NCBI GenBank assembly: GCA_020027215.1
Contig: JAHRAO010000003.1
Location: 10,718 to 74,717, forward strand
Length of the DNA stretch: 64,000 bases
DNA from: Gammaproteobacteria bacterium
GTDB lineage: Bacteria; Pseudomonadota; Gammaproteobacteria; JABABF01; JAHRAO01
Reading direction: 5' to 3'
Positions 31,374 through 43,049 of the stretch are shown in pieces. The translations under genes and the position numbers were made by a program. Numbering within the stretch: position 1 is the first letter of the stretch; each line of letters starts with the position of its first letter. The notes below the pieces were generated by a model. The model searched no databases and had not been told where the DNA came from. It was given only the letters and a program-made list of their open reading frames with translations.

Positions 31374-32768
31374 ATGCCTAAGGTCTACATTCACACACAT
31401 GGTTGTCAGATGAACGATTACGATTCAACGCGTATGCGTGACTTACTGGCACAAAGTCACCATTGTATGGACGAGACCTATGACCCATACCAAGCAGACT
31501 TGCTTCTACTCAATACCTGCTCCATCCGTGAAAAAGCGCAAGAAAAAGTATTTGATCAACTCGGTCGGTGGCGTGTACTCAAAAAACAAAAGCCTTCAAT
31601 GATGATCGGTGTCGGTGGTTGTGTAGCGAGCCAAGAAGGGGAGGCAATTTATCAGCGCGCCAATTTTGTGGATATCATTTTCGGTCCGCAAACTCTCCAC
31701 CGCCTACCGCAGATGATTGATCGCGTTTACCACAATAGGCAAAAGCTGTCTTTTTCACCAGTAATCGATACTAGCTTTAATGAATTAGAAAAGTTTGATC
31801 TGCTACCTCCATCACAAGAAGATGGACCCAATGCACAAATATCCATTATGGAGGGGTGTAGTCAATACTGTTCATTTTGTATTGTTCCCTACACGCGCGG
31901 TGAAGAATTGAGTCGTCCACCCGAGAAAATTGTAGAAGAAGTTGAGCAATTATGTCAGCGTGGCGTGCGGGAAATTACCCTGCTCGGGCAAAATGTCAAC
32001 GCCTATATGGCAACCGATCGCCACAAGCACACGATTGATTTTGCCGATCTTTTATATATCCTCTGTGAAGTGAATGGTATACAACGCATTCGTTATACCA
32101 CCTCACACCCTGCACAATTTTCATCTGCACTGATTGATGCACACCGTGAATTACCCAAATTGGCCGAACACATTCACTTGCCGGTGCAAAGTGGATCGGA
32201 CGCTATTTTGACGCGCATGAAACGGGGTTATTGTGTGCAAGATTATAAAAATATTGTGCAACAACTTTATTCGGCACTACCGAATATCAGTTTATCATCC
32301 GATTTTATTATCGGCTTTCCCGGCGAAACCGAGCAGGACTTTGCCCAAACGATGGATCTGGTCAAAGAAATAAAGTTTGATTTTTCATTTAGTTTTCTTT
32401 ATAGTCCACGGCCCGGAACTCCGGCAGCAGAAATGTCAGATGAGACCCCGCACAAAATTAAAAAAGAACGCCTACAACTACTACAAAACACCTTACAAGA
32501 ACAAGCGCAGAATATTAGTCGGCGGATGGTTGGCAGCATTCAATCGGTTTTAGTGACTGGGCGATCAGCACGCAATGCACAACAATGGACCGGGCGGACA
32601 TCTAATAATCGGGTCGTCCATTTTGCCTCTTCCCGTAATTGCCGCGGGCGGTTTGCGAGTATACGTATTACCCAGTCAATGCCCCACTCTTTGCGCGGTG
32701 AATGCATTGCGATGGACATTCCCCCACCGACTCATCATCGCCAACAGGTTATTTGTGCAAGCTCTTAA
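31374..32768 (+). CDS. miaB: tRNA-i6A37 methylthiotransferase MiaB
   Basis: N-terminal Cys triad (HTHGCQMN...C), radical-SAM CSQYCSFCIVP, and a TRAM domain. Confidence 0.9.
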   Translation: MPKVYIHTHGCQMNDYDSTRMRDLLAQSHHCMDETYDPYQADLLLLNTCSIREKAQEKVFDQLGRWRVLKKQKPSMMIGVGGCVASQEGEAIYQRANFVDIIFGPQTLHRLPQMIDRVYHNRQKLSFSPVIDTSFNELEKFDLLPPSQEDGPNAQISIMEGCSQYCSFCIVPYTRGEELSRPPEKIVEEVEQLCQRGVREITLLGQNVNAYMATDRHKHTIDFADLLYILCEVNGIQRIRYTTSHPAQFSSALIDAHRELPKLAEHIHLPVQSGSDAILTRMKRGYCVQDYKNIVQQLYSALPNISLSSDFIIGFPGETEQDFAQTMDLVKEIKFDFSFSFLYSPRPGTPAAEMSDETPHKIKKERLQLLQNTLQEQAQNISRRMVGSIQSVLVTGRSARNAQQWTGRTSNNRVVHFASSRNCRGRFASIRITQSMPHSLRGECIAMDIPPPTHHRQQVICASS

Positions 32769-33022
32769 ACAGCGTGCTTTTTAGATAAAGCATGCATCTT
32801 GAGCAATAGTTCGGCGGGCGTCTCATGGTATTGTGGATCTTGAGGAATACAATCCACTGGGCACAGCATACGGCATTGCGGTTCGTCAAAATGCCCGACA
32901 CACTCCGTACATAAATTGGGATCAATGCGATAGTGCGTTTCACCCATATCAATGGCATGATTAGGACAAACCGGCTGGCAGACATCACAGTTGATACATT
33001 GATCGGTGATTTTCAGCGCCAT
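32765..33022 (-). CDS. yfhL: YfhL-like 4Fe-4S dicluster ferredoxin
   Basis: CINCDVCQPVCP and CTECVGH..EPQC..LCPV motifs. 85 aa. Confidence 0.75.
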   Translation of the reverse strand: MALKITDQCINCDVCQPVCPNHAIDMGETHYRIDPNLCTECVGHFDEPQCRMLCPVDCIPQDPQYHETPAELLLKMHALSKKHAV

Positions 33023-33028
33023 CGCGAT

Positions 33029-33508
33029 CTATGCGGGGTATTTTGCGCGCAATGCGCGGCTGACCGCTGGCGGCACAAAAGTGTGAGTATCGCCCTGTAA
33101 AGAAGCAATTTCTTTTACTAACGATGAAGAGATATAGCCATGTTTTTCATCGGTGGGGAGAAAAATAGTTTCCATTTTGGGTTCAATTGCCTTATTCATA
33201 TTGGATAATTGAAATTCGTATTCAAAATCCGACACCACTCTCAAACCACGGAGCACGGTATAGATCCCATTCTCACGCATAAAATGGGTGAGGAGCATTT
33301 GCAAGCCGACCACTTTAATATGTGTTAAATGACGCAACGATTGCTCAAGCAAGGCGATCCGCTCATCCAAATTGAACAAGGGCATTTTTTTTTCGTTGCG
33401 CGCGACCGCAATCACCACTTGATCAAATAAAGCAGCTGCGCGCTCTACAATATTGACATGTCCATTAGTAACCGGATCAAATGTTCCAGGATATATCACT
33501 TGTACCAT
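33029..33508 (-). CDS. coaD: phosphopantetheine adenylyltransferase
   Basis: YPGTFDPVTNGH nucleotidyltransferase motif. 159 aa. Confidence 0.9.
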   Translation of the reverse strand: MVQVIYPGTFDPVTNGHVNIVERAAALFDQVVIAVARNEKKMPLFNLDERIALLEQSLRHLTHIKVVGLQMLLTHFMRENGIYTVLRGLRVVSDFEYEFQLSNMNKAIEPKMETIFLPTDEKHGYISSSLVKEIASLQGDTHTFVPPAVSRALRAKYPA

Positions 33509-34089
33509 CAGCTAAACCCTATCATCATTATACCCGGCAAACTACTCGCCATTGCTAAATGATTCAAAATGATACGCAAGATGTAGATGCAAACAAACCC
33601 CAATATAGGGGAAAAATCTAAAGCGCCAAAGGAAGGGATGAGTCGACGGCATTGATTGAATATGGGTGCGGTCAATTGCGCAACTAAAAGTAATGCGGGG
33701 TGTCGATGTCCCGGTAATAGCCAACTACTCACAATGACAATCAACATGGCAAAAAAGTAAATTTCTAATATCACCGAAGCGACCCCTAAACAGGACCAAA
33801 TAAAAATAGTGCCAAGTGGTGCGGTCATATTAAATACAGGAGCAATGAGCATAGCCACTAGTCCTTCAACAAGGATTGCCGCCAGCAAAGCACTCAAATT
33901 AATATTAAAAAGATCGGGTAAAATGACCTGCAAAGGACGCAGAATAGGATGGGTGAAGCGCAGAATAGATTGGGCAATGGGATTTGTACTATCCGCACCC
34001 GCCAGTTGCAACAGAAAGTGCATCAAGAGAGCCAGTAGGAGCACTCCTCCCACAACCTCAATTAACACTAAAAAAATATCAGTTGCCAT
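33508..34089 (-). CDS. yggT: YggT-family integral membrane protein
   Basis: Four TM segments, about 190 aa, immediately downstream of proC as in the conserved yggS-proC-yggT neighbourhood. Confidence 0.5.
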   Translation of the reverse strand: MATDIFLVLIEVVGGVLLLALLMHFLLQLAGADSTNPIAQSILRFTHPILRPLQVILPDLFNINLSALLAAILVEGLVAMLIAPVFNMTAPLGTIFIWSCLGVASVILEIYFFAMLIVIVSSWLLPGHRHPALLLVAQLTAPIFNQCRRLIPSFGALDFSPILGFVCIYILRIILNHLAMASSLPGIMMIGFS

Positions 34090-34931
34090 TATGATGTAGA
34101 GAATTGGCGGGCGCGACGGTAAGCGCGGGTCAATGCCTCGGCAAATAGATTGCGCCCATTGCCTTCCTCTAAATACTGTATTGCGTGCTCGGTCGTTCCA
34201 CGCACAGAAGTGACGTTACGGCGTAAAGTGCCGAGATCCATCTCGCTATTGCGCGCCAATGTAGCGGCGCCAAAAACGGTTTGCACAATCAACTGTTCCG
34301 CTAACGAATGGGGTAACCCATTGGCGACAGCAGCGTCACGTAAAACTTCTGCTAACCAAAAAAAATATGCTGGGCCGCTACCCGATAAAGCAGTCGCTAA
34401 ATCAACCTGCATTTCATCGGATACCCAATACGACCGACCAATCGCACTCAATAGTGTTTCTAGGTGCTGTTTTTTCCGTTCATCTAACACATTATTCGCC
34501 ATCACCACAGAGGTCGATTGGCATATTTGTGCCGCAATATTCGGCATCACGCGCACCAACGCAGTGGGTAGAGGCAACCATTCTTGCAATTGACTTAAAG
34601 TGATCCCTGCGATGAATGAAATGACTACTGGAGGAGTGTTGTGTGTCGATGATAATACAGACGCAACACGAGAGGCTACTGTATGGGCGAGCGCTGGCTT
34701 GACTGCCAAAACGATATAGTGTGCATCTGTGACCGCCGAAACATAGTCGGTCGTCACCGGCAACTGAGTCATAGCACAGGGTAGCATACGCTGGCGCGTA
34801 GCGACTATACGAAAATAGTGCTCATCTATTCCTGCACGCAATAACCCGCCGAGAACGGCCTGCGCTATATTTCCCGCACCAATAAAAGTGATAGGGGCAT
34901 TCCAATTGGTCACATTTATTTCCGCCATCAA
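34089..34931 (-). CDS. proC: pyrroline-5-carboxylate reductase
   Basis: FIGAGNIAQA NADP-binding motif and a P5CR C-terminal dimerisation signature. Confidence 0.85.
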   Translation of the reverse strand: MMAEINVTNWNAPITFIGAGNIAQAVLGGLLRAGIDEHYFRIVATRQRMLPCAMTQLPVTTDYVSAVTDAHYIVLAVKPALAHTVASRVASVLSSTHNTPPVVISFIAGITLSQLQEWLPLPTALVRVMPNIAAQICQSTSVVMANNVLDERKKQHLETLLSAIGRSYWVSDEMQVDLATALSGSGPAYFFWLAEVLRDAAVANGLPHSLAEQLIVQTVFGAATLARNSEMDLGTLRRNVTSVRGTTEHAIQYLEEGNGRNLFAEALTRAYRRARQFSTS

Positions 34932-35016
34932 CTTACTCGGTTCAACATATCATTTTTTATTGAGTTTCCATCCGCCTCATATTGCTCTAATGTCGCACTC
35001 TTTTTAAGCGGTGCCA

Positions 35017-35928
35017 TTAAGAAAATACTCGCCGGGGGGTTAATTTATTGCCTTCCAGCACTTCACCGACTCCGATAAAACGATCATTTGGCGTGAAGAC
35101 GGTCACCCAACGCCAAGGACAATATGGGTATTGTATCGCTTGCCCGCGGCAAAAATAATAGCTATTTGTATTCTCTAAAGTAATGCGCGGTAAATGAGAT
35201 ACCGCACTACTCATCGGTAGAAGTAATTTATCTAATAAAGACAGCGCATTATTAGCGCTTAAGTCGGTCAATTGTTGCATTGTAATGCTCTGCTCATCGC
35301 TATAATTACCAGCCATAGTCCGATGAAGGCGTAAAACACAGCCGCCGCAAGATAATGTCGTGCCAATGTCTTCAGCAAGGGTGCGAATATAGGTCCCCTT
35401 ACTGCATTTGATATCCACGGTAATCTGCCCAGATGCGGGCACAGCAAAATCAACCAACGCGATATCGTAGATGGTGACGGTGCGCATCGGGCGCTCAACG
35501 GTAATACCTTGTCGTGCTAATTTATATAAAGGTTGTCCGCGATACTTGATTGCTGAATACATGGGGGGGATCTGCCGAATGTCGCCAATAAAATTGCGCA
35601 ATACCTTGCGTAATTGTGGCAAGGTGACTTGTGAATAGTCGCGTTGCTCAACAATGGTGCCATCAATATCTCCTGTAGTCGTTGTGGTCCCCAGTTGAAA
35701 GACACAGCGATATTGCTTATCAGCATTGAGCACATATTGCACCAATTTAGTCGCTTTGCCAAAACACAAGGGCAACACTCCAGTCGCTAAGGGGTCTAAA
35801 TTTCCTGTATGCCCCGCTTTAGTTGCAGAGAATATTTTTTTAACCCTTTGTAATGCTTGATTGGACCCCATCCCTTGCGGTTTATTCAACACTAAAATTC
35901 CATCCACGGTACGGCGATTCATAGGCAC
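35017..35928 (-). CDS. truB: tRNA pseudouridine(55) synthase
   Basis: GILVLNKP.G..S, the KAGHTGTLDP catalytic Asp motif, and a PUA domain. Sits after rbfA. Confidence 0.9.
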   Translation of the reverse strand: MPMNRRTVDGILVLNKPQGMGSNQALQRVKKIFSATKAGHTGNLDPLATGVLPLCFGKATKLVQYVLNADKQYRCVFQLGTTTTTGDIDGTIVEQRDYSQVTLPQLRKVLRNFIGDIRQIPPMYSAIKYRGQPLYKLARQGITVERPMRTVTIYDIALVDFAVPASGQITVDIKCSKGTYIRTLAEDIGTTLSCGGCVLRLHRTMAGNYSDEQSITMQQLTDLSANNALSLLDKLLLPMSSAVSHLPRITLENTNSYYFCRGQAIQYPYCPWRWVTVFTPNDRFIGVGEVLEGNKLTPRRVFS

Positions 35929-35981
35929 TATGCGTTGAGAAATACGGAATCGGAGAGAATATCAATCAACTGGCAGTTTAT

Positions 35982-36335
35982 TCATGAATTAAATAAACGA
36001 TACCGATTTATTGCGTGCGGATCGTAAATAAAACGCAATTTTGGGGTGACGCGCATATTCAAGTTATGTGCCAAGCATTTACGCAAGAACCCGCCCGCTC
36101 GTTGTATACAGCGAATAATCTGTGCGGGTTCGTCCGCCGATGGGTGCGCATCTAAATGCTGCGGTGTAAAATAATTAACATAAACTGTGGCAGTCGCACA
36201 ATCACGGCTCAAGCGTACGCCGACAACACTGACTCCAGTTAATTTTGGATTGCGCAATTTATGACACAATAAAATATTGAGTTCACGAACCAAGCGATCC
36301 GCTAAACGTGTCACGCGATCGTATTCTGCAGGCAT
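35982..36335 (-). CDS. rbfA: ribosome-binding factor A
   Basis: MPAEYDRVTRLADRLVRELNILL...RDCATATVYVNY matches RbfA. The start was placed at the internal Met so that it follows the infB stop. Confidence 0.85.
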   Translation of the reverse strand: MPAEYDRVTRLADRLVRELNILLCHKLRNPKLTGVSVVGVRLSRDCATATVYVNYFTPQHLDAHPSADEPAQIIRCIQRAGGFLRKCLAHNLNMRVTPKLRFIYDPHAINRYRLFNS

Positions 36336-36343
36336 AGAAAAAA

Positions 36344-38908
36344 TTAGCGAATTTTTTGTTCCACCATTTCGTAAATTTCTATATGATCTCCTACCATTAT
36401 ATCCGTATATTTTTTCATCCCAATGCCACATTCCTTACCACTGCTCACATTATTGACATCCGCCTTAAATTGACGCAATGATTCCAACTCACCATCGAAA
36501 ACAATTTTGTCGTCGCGACGCACGCGTGCCAATTTATTTTTCAGAATACTTCCTTCACGGACAAAGCAACCGGCAATAGCGCCAAACGAAGATGAACGAA
36601 ATACCTCACGCACTTCGGCAATTCCTAATAACAGTTCTTTCTTTTTGACGGGGGTTATCCCGATTAGTTTTTCTTGCACACTCTCTAATAATTCATAAAT
36701 TAAATTGTAGTGCGCAACTTCTACTTTATGCTTTATCGCTAATTTATTCGCCGCAGTATCCGGTTGCACATTAAATCCGATGACCAGGGCATTCATTGTT
36801 GTCGCTAGTTGAATGTCCGATTCAGTGATGGCGCCTACGCCGGACAACACTATATCTACGGCGGCTTCTTCGGTATTCATTTGGGTCAAAGATTGTTGGA
36901 TCGCTTCCACAGATCCGCGATTGTCTGTGCGCAAAAGTATATTCATCTTGCGTTTTTTGTCGGCAGCCTCACTATGAAATATATCATCCACTGACAACTG
37001 CGCTGTGCTACGCCCTGCTTGTATTGCTGCGTCTTTGCGACTTTGTGCTATTCTACGCACTTGTTGCTCGTCATTCAACACGACAAATTGATCACCTGCC
37101 ACTGGGGGATTATTCAATCCTAATATCTCAACAGGTATTGACAAACCAGCACGATCTATTGTTGTGCCTACATCGTTGCGTAACGCACGGACTTTTCCAT
37201 ATTCCTGCCCGACTAAAATCATATCACCTTTTTTCAAGCATCCTTGTTGAACCAATGCGCTGACAATAGGCCCCCTATGCGTATCCAACCCAGATTCAAT
37301 GATGACACCTTGTGCACTGACATCTTGGTACCCCTTTAATTCTAATAATTCGGCTTGCAGCAAGATGGCATCCAATAAAGCGTCTACGCCATCGCCTGTT
37401 TTAGCGGACAAGTTGACAAATAACACATCGCCGCCCCATTCTTCACACACAATATTTTTTGCGGACATTTGCTTACGAATATTTTCTGGATCAGCGTCTG
37501 GTTTGTCTATTTTATTCACCGCCACAATCATCGGAACTTGCGCCGCTTGAATATGTTGTATGGCTTCTTCGGTTTGCGGCATCACCCCATCGTCAGCGGC
37601 AACAACTAACACCACAATATCGGTGACCTGTGCGCCACGTGCGCGCATTGCAGTAAATGAGTGATGTCCTGGGGTATCTAAAAATGTAATCTGTCCTTTA
37701 TCCGTGTGAATAAAATATGCACCAATACTTTGGGTGATGCCACCTGCTTCTTGCTCAGTCAAATTTTGGTGACAAATACTATCTAAAAGTGATGTTTTTC
37801 CGTGATCCACATGCCCCATAATAGCAACCACCGGTGGACGCGGCACGGCAACTTTTCCCGCCATGTTTTTTTCCAATGCTGCTTCTATATCCTCTCCCGG
37901 TGTGGGAACTGGGCGCAATTTAGCTTTGTGACCAAATTCCTCTACAATGACCGCAGCAATTTTTGCCTCAATGCTTTGATGAACGTCTACTGTTTCTCCT
38001 AAATTGGTGAGCAATGTAACAATTTTCTTGGTTTTCACCGACAAGAGTTGTGCTAAATCGGAAACCATAATAGTAGGCGGCAAGATAATTTCGTTACTCA
38101 CTTTCCCCGTGGGGCGCACAAAAGCATGGCGTGCAAATTTGGATGGCACTTCTATGGGGTTTTGTTTAGTTTTTGATGCCGCCGTCACTGGTTGGACGAC
38201 ATTATTATTTCCATGCGCATACATACTCCACGAGGTGCGATGCGATGAGTCACCTGCCCCATAGTCATCGGTGCTCCGATAAGTGGAGCGCTTGCCCGTT
38301 TTGGGTTTTGGTTTTTTATCGCTGGGAACGGGTGGCGGCGGTCGTTTTAGTTTTTTGTCTCCCTCTTTTTTTGTACTTGTTGTTATTTCGGCCGCTGTCG
38401 GTTTAGGCGGTGCATCGGTATCCTTTTTGACCGGAGGTTGGGCTGTTCTTTTTGTTATCGGTTTCTTTTCGGCAGGCGGAGCAGTCGGTTCAGTTGCGGC
38501 CTGCTTTTTAGGTTGGTCGGTTGGTTTGACGCGTTTAGATTTCTGCGTACTGGCTTTTGATTTTTCATGTGCAGCCACATTCTCTGGTGGTGGTGTAATA
38601 TCAGGTGGCGAAGTTGTCGATGGCGGTAAAGAGGAGTAGGTATGACGTTTGCGAGTTTCCACCTGGATAGATTTGTGCGTGCCAGCGGCTTTAAGTTTGC
38701 TGGTAGTCGTCCGATTTAATACAACTTGCTCGGTAGATTTATTTTCGCTCCGCTGCCTGCGCATAGCGAGCAAAAGTTTCTTTTTATCTTTTTCAGTGAC
38801 TTCGTCGTCGATGCCTTTATGAGGGAAATCATGTTTGCGCATGGTATCCAGTAAATCATCTGGATTAATACCAATCGTCTTGGCGAGTTTTGCTATGGTG
38901 GTATTCAT
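36344..38908 (-). CDS. infB: translation initiation factor IF-2
   Basis: Lys/Pro-rich N-terminal region and a G-domain ([21 protein letters not shown]). Confidence 0.95.
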   Translation of the reverse strand: MNTTIAKLAKTIGINPDDLLDTMRKHDFPHKGIDDEVTEKDKKKLLLAMRRQRSENKSTEQVVLNRTTTSKLKAAGTHKSIQVETRKRHTYSSLPPSTTSPPDITPPPENVAAHEKSKASTQKSKRVKPTDQPKKQAATEPTAPPAEKKPITKRTAQPPVKKDTDAPPKPTAAEITTSTKKEGDKKLKRPPPPVPSDKKPKPKTGKRSTYRSTDDYGAGDSSHRTSWSMYAHGNNNVVQPVTAASKTKQNPIEVPSKFARHAFVRPTGKVSNEIILPPTIMVSDLAQLLSVKTKKIVTLLTNLGETVDVHQSIEAKIAAVIVEEFGHKAKLRPVPTPGEDIEAALEKNMAGKVAVPRPPVVAIMGHVDHGKTSLLDSICHQNLTEQEAGGITQSIGAYFIHTDKGQITFLDTPGHHSFTAMRARGAQVTDIVVLVVAADDGVMPQTEEAIQHIQAAQVPMIVAVNKIDKPDADPENIRKQMSAKNIVCEEWGGDVLFVNLSAKTGDGVDALLDAILLQAELLELKGYQDVSAQGVIIESGLDTHRGPIVSALVQQGCLKKGDMILVGQEYGKVRALRNDVGTTIDRAGLSIPVEILGLNNPPVAGDQFVVLNDEQQVRRIAQSRKDAAIQAGRSTAQLSVDDIFHSEAADKKRKMNILLRTDNRGSVEAIQQSLTQMNTEEAAVDIVLSGVGAITESDIQLATTMNALVIGFNVQPDTAANKLAIKHKVEVAHYNLIYELLESVQEKLIGITPVKKKELLLGIAEVREVFRSSSFGAIAGCFVREGSILKNKLARVRRDDKIVFDGELESLRQFKADVNNVSSGKECGIGMKKYTDIMVGDHIEIYEMVEQKIR

Positions 38909-38935
38909 GCTCTTTTCTACTTTAACGCATATACG

Positions 38936-40453
38936 CTATGCAGGCTGCTCTTCATTCCATATTTTGCGGGCAGTCATAATCAGCTGTCCCAATTGGGCTT
39001 CATCTAAATCCAACTGAGTCAGATCCATATCTCCAATAGCCTGATCAGCCAGATCTGCACGCGTGACTACTCCTTGCGCCGCTAATTTATGTGCAACATC
39101 CATACTCATCCCTTCCATAGTCAACAAATCATCTGCTGGTTGCTCTTCGCCAGAAAATTCCAAACGCAACAAAGCATCTTCTGCTTTACTGCGTAACTCC
39201 TCTGCCAATTGCCGATCAATGCCCTCAATGGCGGTAATATCATCTAATGGAATATAAAGCATTTCTTCTATGGAACGAATGTCATTATTCACTAATAATT
39301 GTGCGATGGGTTGTTCAATCTGTAAATATTCCACTAATTTATCGCGCGCAACATTAAGTGCCACATCTTTCTTTTCCTGTGCTTCATCTTTACCCATCAA
39401 GCGAATCGTCCATCCGGTTAAATCAATCGCCAACTTCACATTCTGTCCGTTACGACCAATTGCGGTGGGTAAATTATCTTCGGCAATAATCACATCCATA
39501 GAATGTGTTTCTTCGTTGAGGACAATAGAATCCACTTCAGCAGGGGTGAGCGCATTGATGACAAATTGCACGGGGTTTTCATCCCACAATATAATGTCAA
39601 TGCGTTCACTCGCCAATTCATTTGAAATAGCTTGCACGCGCGAACCACGCATACCGATGCACGCACCGACTGGATCTAATCGCCCATCATTTGTTTTCAC
39701 TGCAATTTTAGTGCGATATCCCGGATCGCGCGCCACACCGCGAATTTGAATAGTCTGTTCAGCAATTTCTGGCACCTCAATTGTAAACATTTCACTCACC
39801 ATTTCATTACAGATGCGACTCAATAATAACTGCGGGTGTCTATCTTCTTGTTCACTCATTTGCAATACAGCGCGAATACGATTACCCACACGAAATATTT
39901 CATTGCCAATGAGTTCACTGCGCGGCAAAAAAGCTTCGGTATCTCCCAGGTCCACTATCAAATGATTGCGTGTGACCCGTTGCACAATCCCGCTTAACAA
40001 TTTACCTTGACGCTGTGCGTATTCCGCTATAATTTTTGCTTGTTCGGCTTCGTTGATTTTTTGCACTAACACCTGACGGGCAAGTTGTGTTTCGGTGCGC
40101 CCAAACGGTATATTGTCTACTTTTTCGCGATACACATCACCGACACACAAACCGGCATCTTTTTCATGGGCTTCGGCTGTCGTCAGGTGTATACCCTCTT
40201 CTATTTCGTCATCATCAGCAACGACCAACCAACGGCGAAAAGTTTCATAAGTGCCCGTAGTGCGATCAATTGCAATATCTATGTCTACGGGGGTAGATGT
40301 TGCCTTGGATACCTGCCGGTCTGTGTATTGATATTTATAGTAGTATCGCTGTGTTGCCAATGCTAAAGCATCTTCAACTGCTTGATAAATTACCTCTAAT
40401 GGCACATTTTTTTCATTAGACAATGTCGTTGCAATTTGTAATATCTCTTTCAT
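38936..40453 (-). CDS. nusA: transcription termination/antitermination factor NusA
   Basis: S1 domain, two KH domains and C-terminal acidic repeats, sitting in the rimP-nusA-infB context. Confidence 0.95.
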   Translation of the reverse strand: MKEILQIATTLSNEKNVPLEVIYQAVEDALALATQRYYYKYQYTDRQVSKATSTPVDIDIAIDRTTGTYETFRRWLVVADDDEIEEGIHLTTAEAHEKDAGLCVGDVYREKVDNIPFGRTETQLARQVLVQKINEAEQAKIIAEYAQRQGKLLSGIVQRVTRNHLIVDLGDTEAFLPRSELIGNEIFRVGNRIRAVLQMSEQEDRHPQLLLSRICNEMVSEMFTIEVPEIAEQTIQIRGVARDPGYRTKIAVKTNDGRLDPVGACIGMRGSRVQAISNELASERIDIILWDENPVQFVINALTPAEVDSIVLNEETHSMDVIIAEDNLPTAIGRNGQNVKLAIDLTGWTIRLMGKDEAQEKKDVALNVARDKLVEYLQIEQPIAQLLVNNDIRSIEEMLYIPLDDITAIEGIDRQLAEELRSKAEDALLRLEFSGEEQPADDLLTMEGMSMDVAHKLAAQGVVTRADLADQAIGDMDLTQLDLDEAQLGQLIMTARKIWNEEQPA

Positions 40454-40463
40454 AATTGATCAC

Positions 40464-40943
40464 TTACTTATTTTTTACATTACCACAAAGATGTATGCGT
40501 TTAATTGCTGTAAATGGCACACGATATATTTCACCTTTCATATCCAATCCAATCCCATCTGTAGTCTTTTCCGCTAACCTTCCGGTAAAATTATGCTGTC
40601 CATTTAGTGCAGTGTTTGAATACAATTTAACCTTCTCTCCTAAATAATCATTCAGCTGCTCTGGGGAGAATAAACGTCTATTCACACCAGGCGAAGAAAC
40701 CTCCAACAGGCGATAATCACCCAACACATCCGTGCGCATATTCAGCATTGCCGTCATTTGGCGATTGACTCGCATACAATCTTCTATGCTGACTCCTTCC
40801 TGTTTATCAATATAAATGCGCAATATTTGCTGAGCCCCTCGCCCTGTGCATTCTATGCCCCACAGACGATAACCGAGTCCAGCGACGACACTGTCAATTA
40901 AACGCTCTGAATCTGCGCTCATATTGTGGTGCGTCCACATCAT
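40464..40943 (-). CDS. rimP: ribosome maturation factor RimP
   Basis: L...V..LGY.LWGIE and LEVSSPG motifs. 159 aa. Confidence 0.85.
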   Translation of the reverse strand: MMWTHHNMSADSERLIDSVVAGLGYRLWGIECTGRGAQQILRIYIDKQEGVSIEDCMRVNRQMTAMLNMRTDVLGDYRLLEVSSPGVNRRLFSPEQLNDYLGEKVKLYSNTALNGQHNFTGRLAEKTTDGIGLDMKGEIYRVPFTAIKRIHLCGNVKNK

Positions 40944-41042
40944 TCCTCACTCTTTTTCATCAGACAACAAAATAGCCGTGGGCACCTATCGCCTAGTTTT
41001 TACTACATTACTATTAAAAATAGCCCGATAATCCGTCGCCAG

Positions 41043-41119
<77 letters not shown>

Positions 41120-41216
41120 TCATTCTTGCCAAGGTGTCTATTATACACCACAATTGAATACCATTGAGCCCGTATCCATTACCGATAAATGTAATATACA
41201 TGCCCAACACAATGAG

Positions 41217-42224
41217 TTAGCCATCCAAAGCACCAATTGCGAGAGCGGTATCAATCATGCGATGAGAAAAACCCCATTCATTATCGTACCATGCCAATAC
41301 TTTCACTTGATTGTCAATCACTGCCGTCTGCGTTTCATCAAAGATGCTTGACGCACTACAATGATTAAAATCACACGACACTAATGGTTCGCTATTTATT
41401 TGAAGTATGCCGGAAAGGTCACCTTGCGCCGCCACCCGCGCCACCTCGTTGATTTCTGTCACCGATGTTTCTCGTTTCGCTTGAAAAGTGAAATCTAATA
41501 ATGAAGTATTCGCGAGGGGTACGCGCACCGCCAAACCATCCAATTTACCTTTGAGATCGGGAATCACTTCACCAATAGCCCGCGCAGCTCCCGTGCTTGT
41601 CGGGATCATAGACAACAGTGCCGACCGTCCGCGACGGAGATCTTTATGATGTACGTCCACAACAGATTGATCATTCGTTGCCGCATGAATGGTCGTCATC
41701 AACCCATTTTGTATGCCCACTGTTTTATGAAAAATAAAAACGAGCGGGGCGAGACAATTAGTCGTACAGGATGCATTAGATATAATACGATGTTCGGGGC
41801 GTAGCTGATCATCATTGACTCCATAAACAACCATAATATCTGAGTTTTTGCTGGGGGCAGAGAGCAGGACGCGTTGTGCTCCCGCCTCTATATGTTTTGT
41901 CGCCCCTTCACGAGAAAGAAATACGCCAGTGCACTCTAATACCAAATCAACCGCTAAATCTCCCCACGGCAGTTTTGTTGGGTCTTTTTCACAGAATAAT
42001 GCAATCGAATCGCCGTCTACGCTGAGCGTATTATCGCTGACGGCGACCGGTAAAGGAAGCCGCCCATGAATGGAGTCATATTGCAACAAGTAGCCAGTAT
42101 GTTGCAGAACACCCTTATCATTAACTGCAACAATTTTAATCTGATCACGCAGCGAGCTTTCATATAAAGAGCGTAAAATATTGCGTCCAATACGCCCAAA
42201 GCCATTAATTGCAATCGTTATCAT
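41217..42224 (-). CDS. epd: erythrose-4-phosphate dehydrogenase / GAPDH-family (Epd-like)
   Basis: INGFGRIGRN, ASCTTNC, WYDNEWGF..RM.DT.LA. Several Epd-type residues are present (LRSLYES, HRIISNASCTTNCL), and pdxJ lies nearby. Confidence 0.7.
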   Translation of the reverse strand: MITIAINGFGRIGRNILRSLYESSLRDQIKIVAVNDKGVLQHTGYLLQYDSIHGRLPLPVAVSDNTLSVDGDSIALFCEKDPTKLPWGDLAVDLVLECTGVFLSREGATKHIEAGAQRVLLSAPSKNSDIMVVYGVNDDQLRPEHRIISNASCTTNCLAPLVFIFHKTVGIQNGLMTTIHAATNDQSVVDVHHKDLRRGRSALLSMIPTSTGAARAIGEVIPDLKGKLDGLAVRVPLANTSLLDFTFQAKRETSVTEINEVARVAAQGDLSGILQINSEPLVSCDFNHCSASSIFDETQTAVIDNQVKVLAWYDNEWGFSHRMIDTALAIGALDG

Positions 42225-42333
42225 ATGCTATCCCCATAATTTAAGTGTACTAGTGATAATTTAAGAGCATATTATAATCAATACACAAACAAACTAGCAT
42301 ATTGAAGGAGAGAAGTCCTGTATAATTGGACAC

Positions 42334-43029
42334 ATGGACGATGACAAAAAATCATCACCGCTACAGACATTGTTTGATATTGCATTTAATATCGCAATAC
42401 CGATCATTATTTTATTTCAATTGAGTGGCGAAGATTATTTAGGCCCCTTGTATGGGCTCCTCGTTGCATTGGCGTTTCCAGTCGGATATAGCGTGTGGGA
42501 ATTCTTGCGCCACCACAAACTCCATCCGCTCGCCCTAGTGGGTACGGTGAGCGTACTCTTAACGGGTGGAATTAGTTTATTGGCGCTAGACCCCCAATAT
42601 TTAGCGATCAAAGAGGCTGCCATTCCTGGTGTTCTCGGCATTGCGACCTTAATTTCTATTAAAACGCGTTATCCGCTCATCCGTTTAGTGGTTTACAATG
42701 AGCGAATAATGTGTGTCAATAAAGTAGAACCGGCCTTAAAAATGAATGGGACTGCCGATCAGTTTGCTGGGTGCCTCAAAAGCGCCACGCTGATGATCGC
42801 CTTGTCATTTCTTTTATCTTCCGTGCTCAACTATATATTAACCCGTTGGATAGTCACCAGTACCCCAGGCAGTGAAACATACAACATTGAGTTAGGAAAA
42901 ATGATGGCACTGAGTTTCCCCGTCATTGCCCTTCCATGCACCATTATCGTCATCGCCTCTCTATTCTATATCGTGCGCACTATTCGTAAATTGACCGCTT
43001 TAGAATATAATGAAATCTTCAGAATTTAA
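42334..43029 (+). CDS. hypothetical polytopic inner-membrane protein
   Basis: Five or six predicted TM helices. No family recognised by eye. Confidence 0.3.
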   Translation: MDDDKKSSPLQTLFDIAFNIAIPIIILFQLSGEDYLGPLYGLLVALAFPVGYSVWEFLRHHKLHPLALVGTVSVLLTGGISLLALDPQYLAIKEAAIPGVLGIATLISIKTRYPLIRLVVYNERIMCVNKVEPALKMNGTADQFAGCLKSATLMIALSFLLSSVLNYILTRWIVTSTPGSETYNIELGKMMALSFPVIALPCTIIVIASLFYIVRTIRKLTALEYNEIFRI

Positions 43030-43049
43030 CTGCAATATGGAGTACACTT

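Noticed and set aside
36507-38639. Several 60-120 aa plus-strand ORFs, including a Gly-rich 118-aa ORF at 38283-38639
   Set aside because: They are antisense to infB. The Gly-rich translation is the mirror of infB's Pro/Lys-rich N-terminal region. They are frame artefacts.
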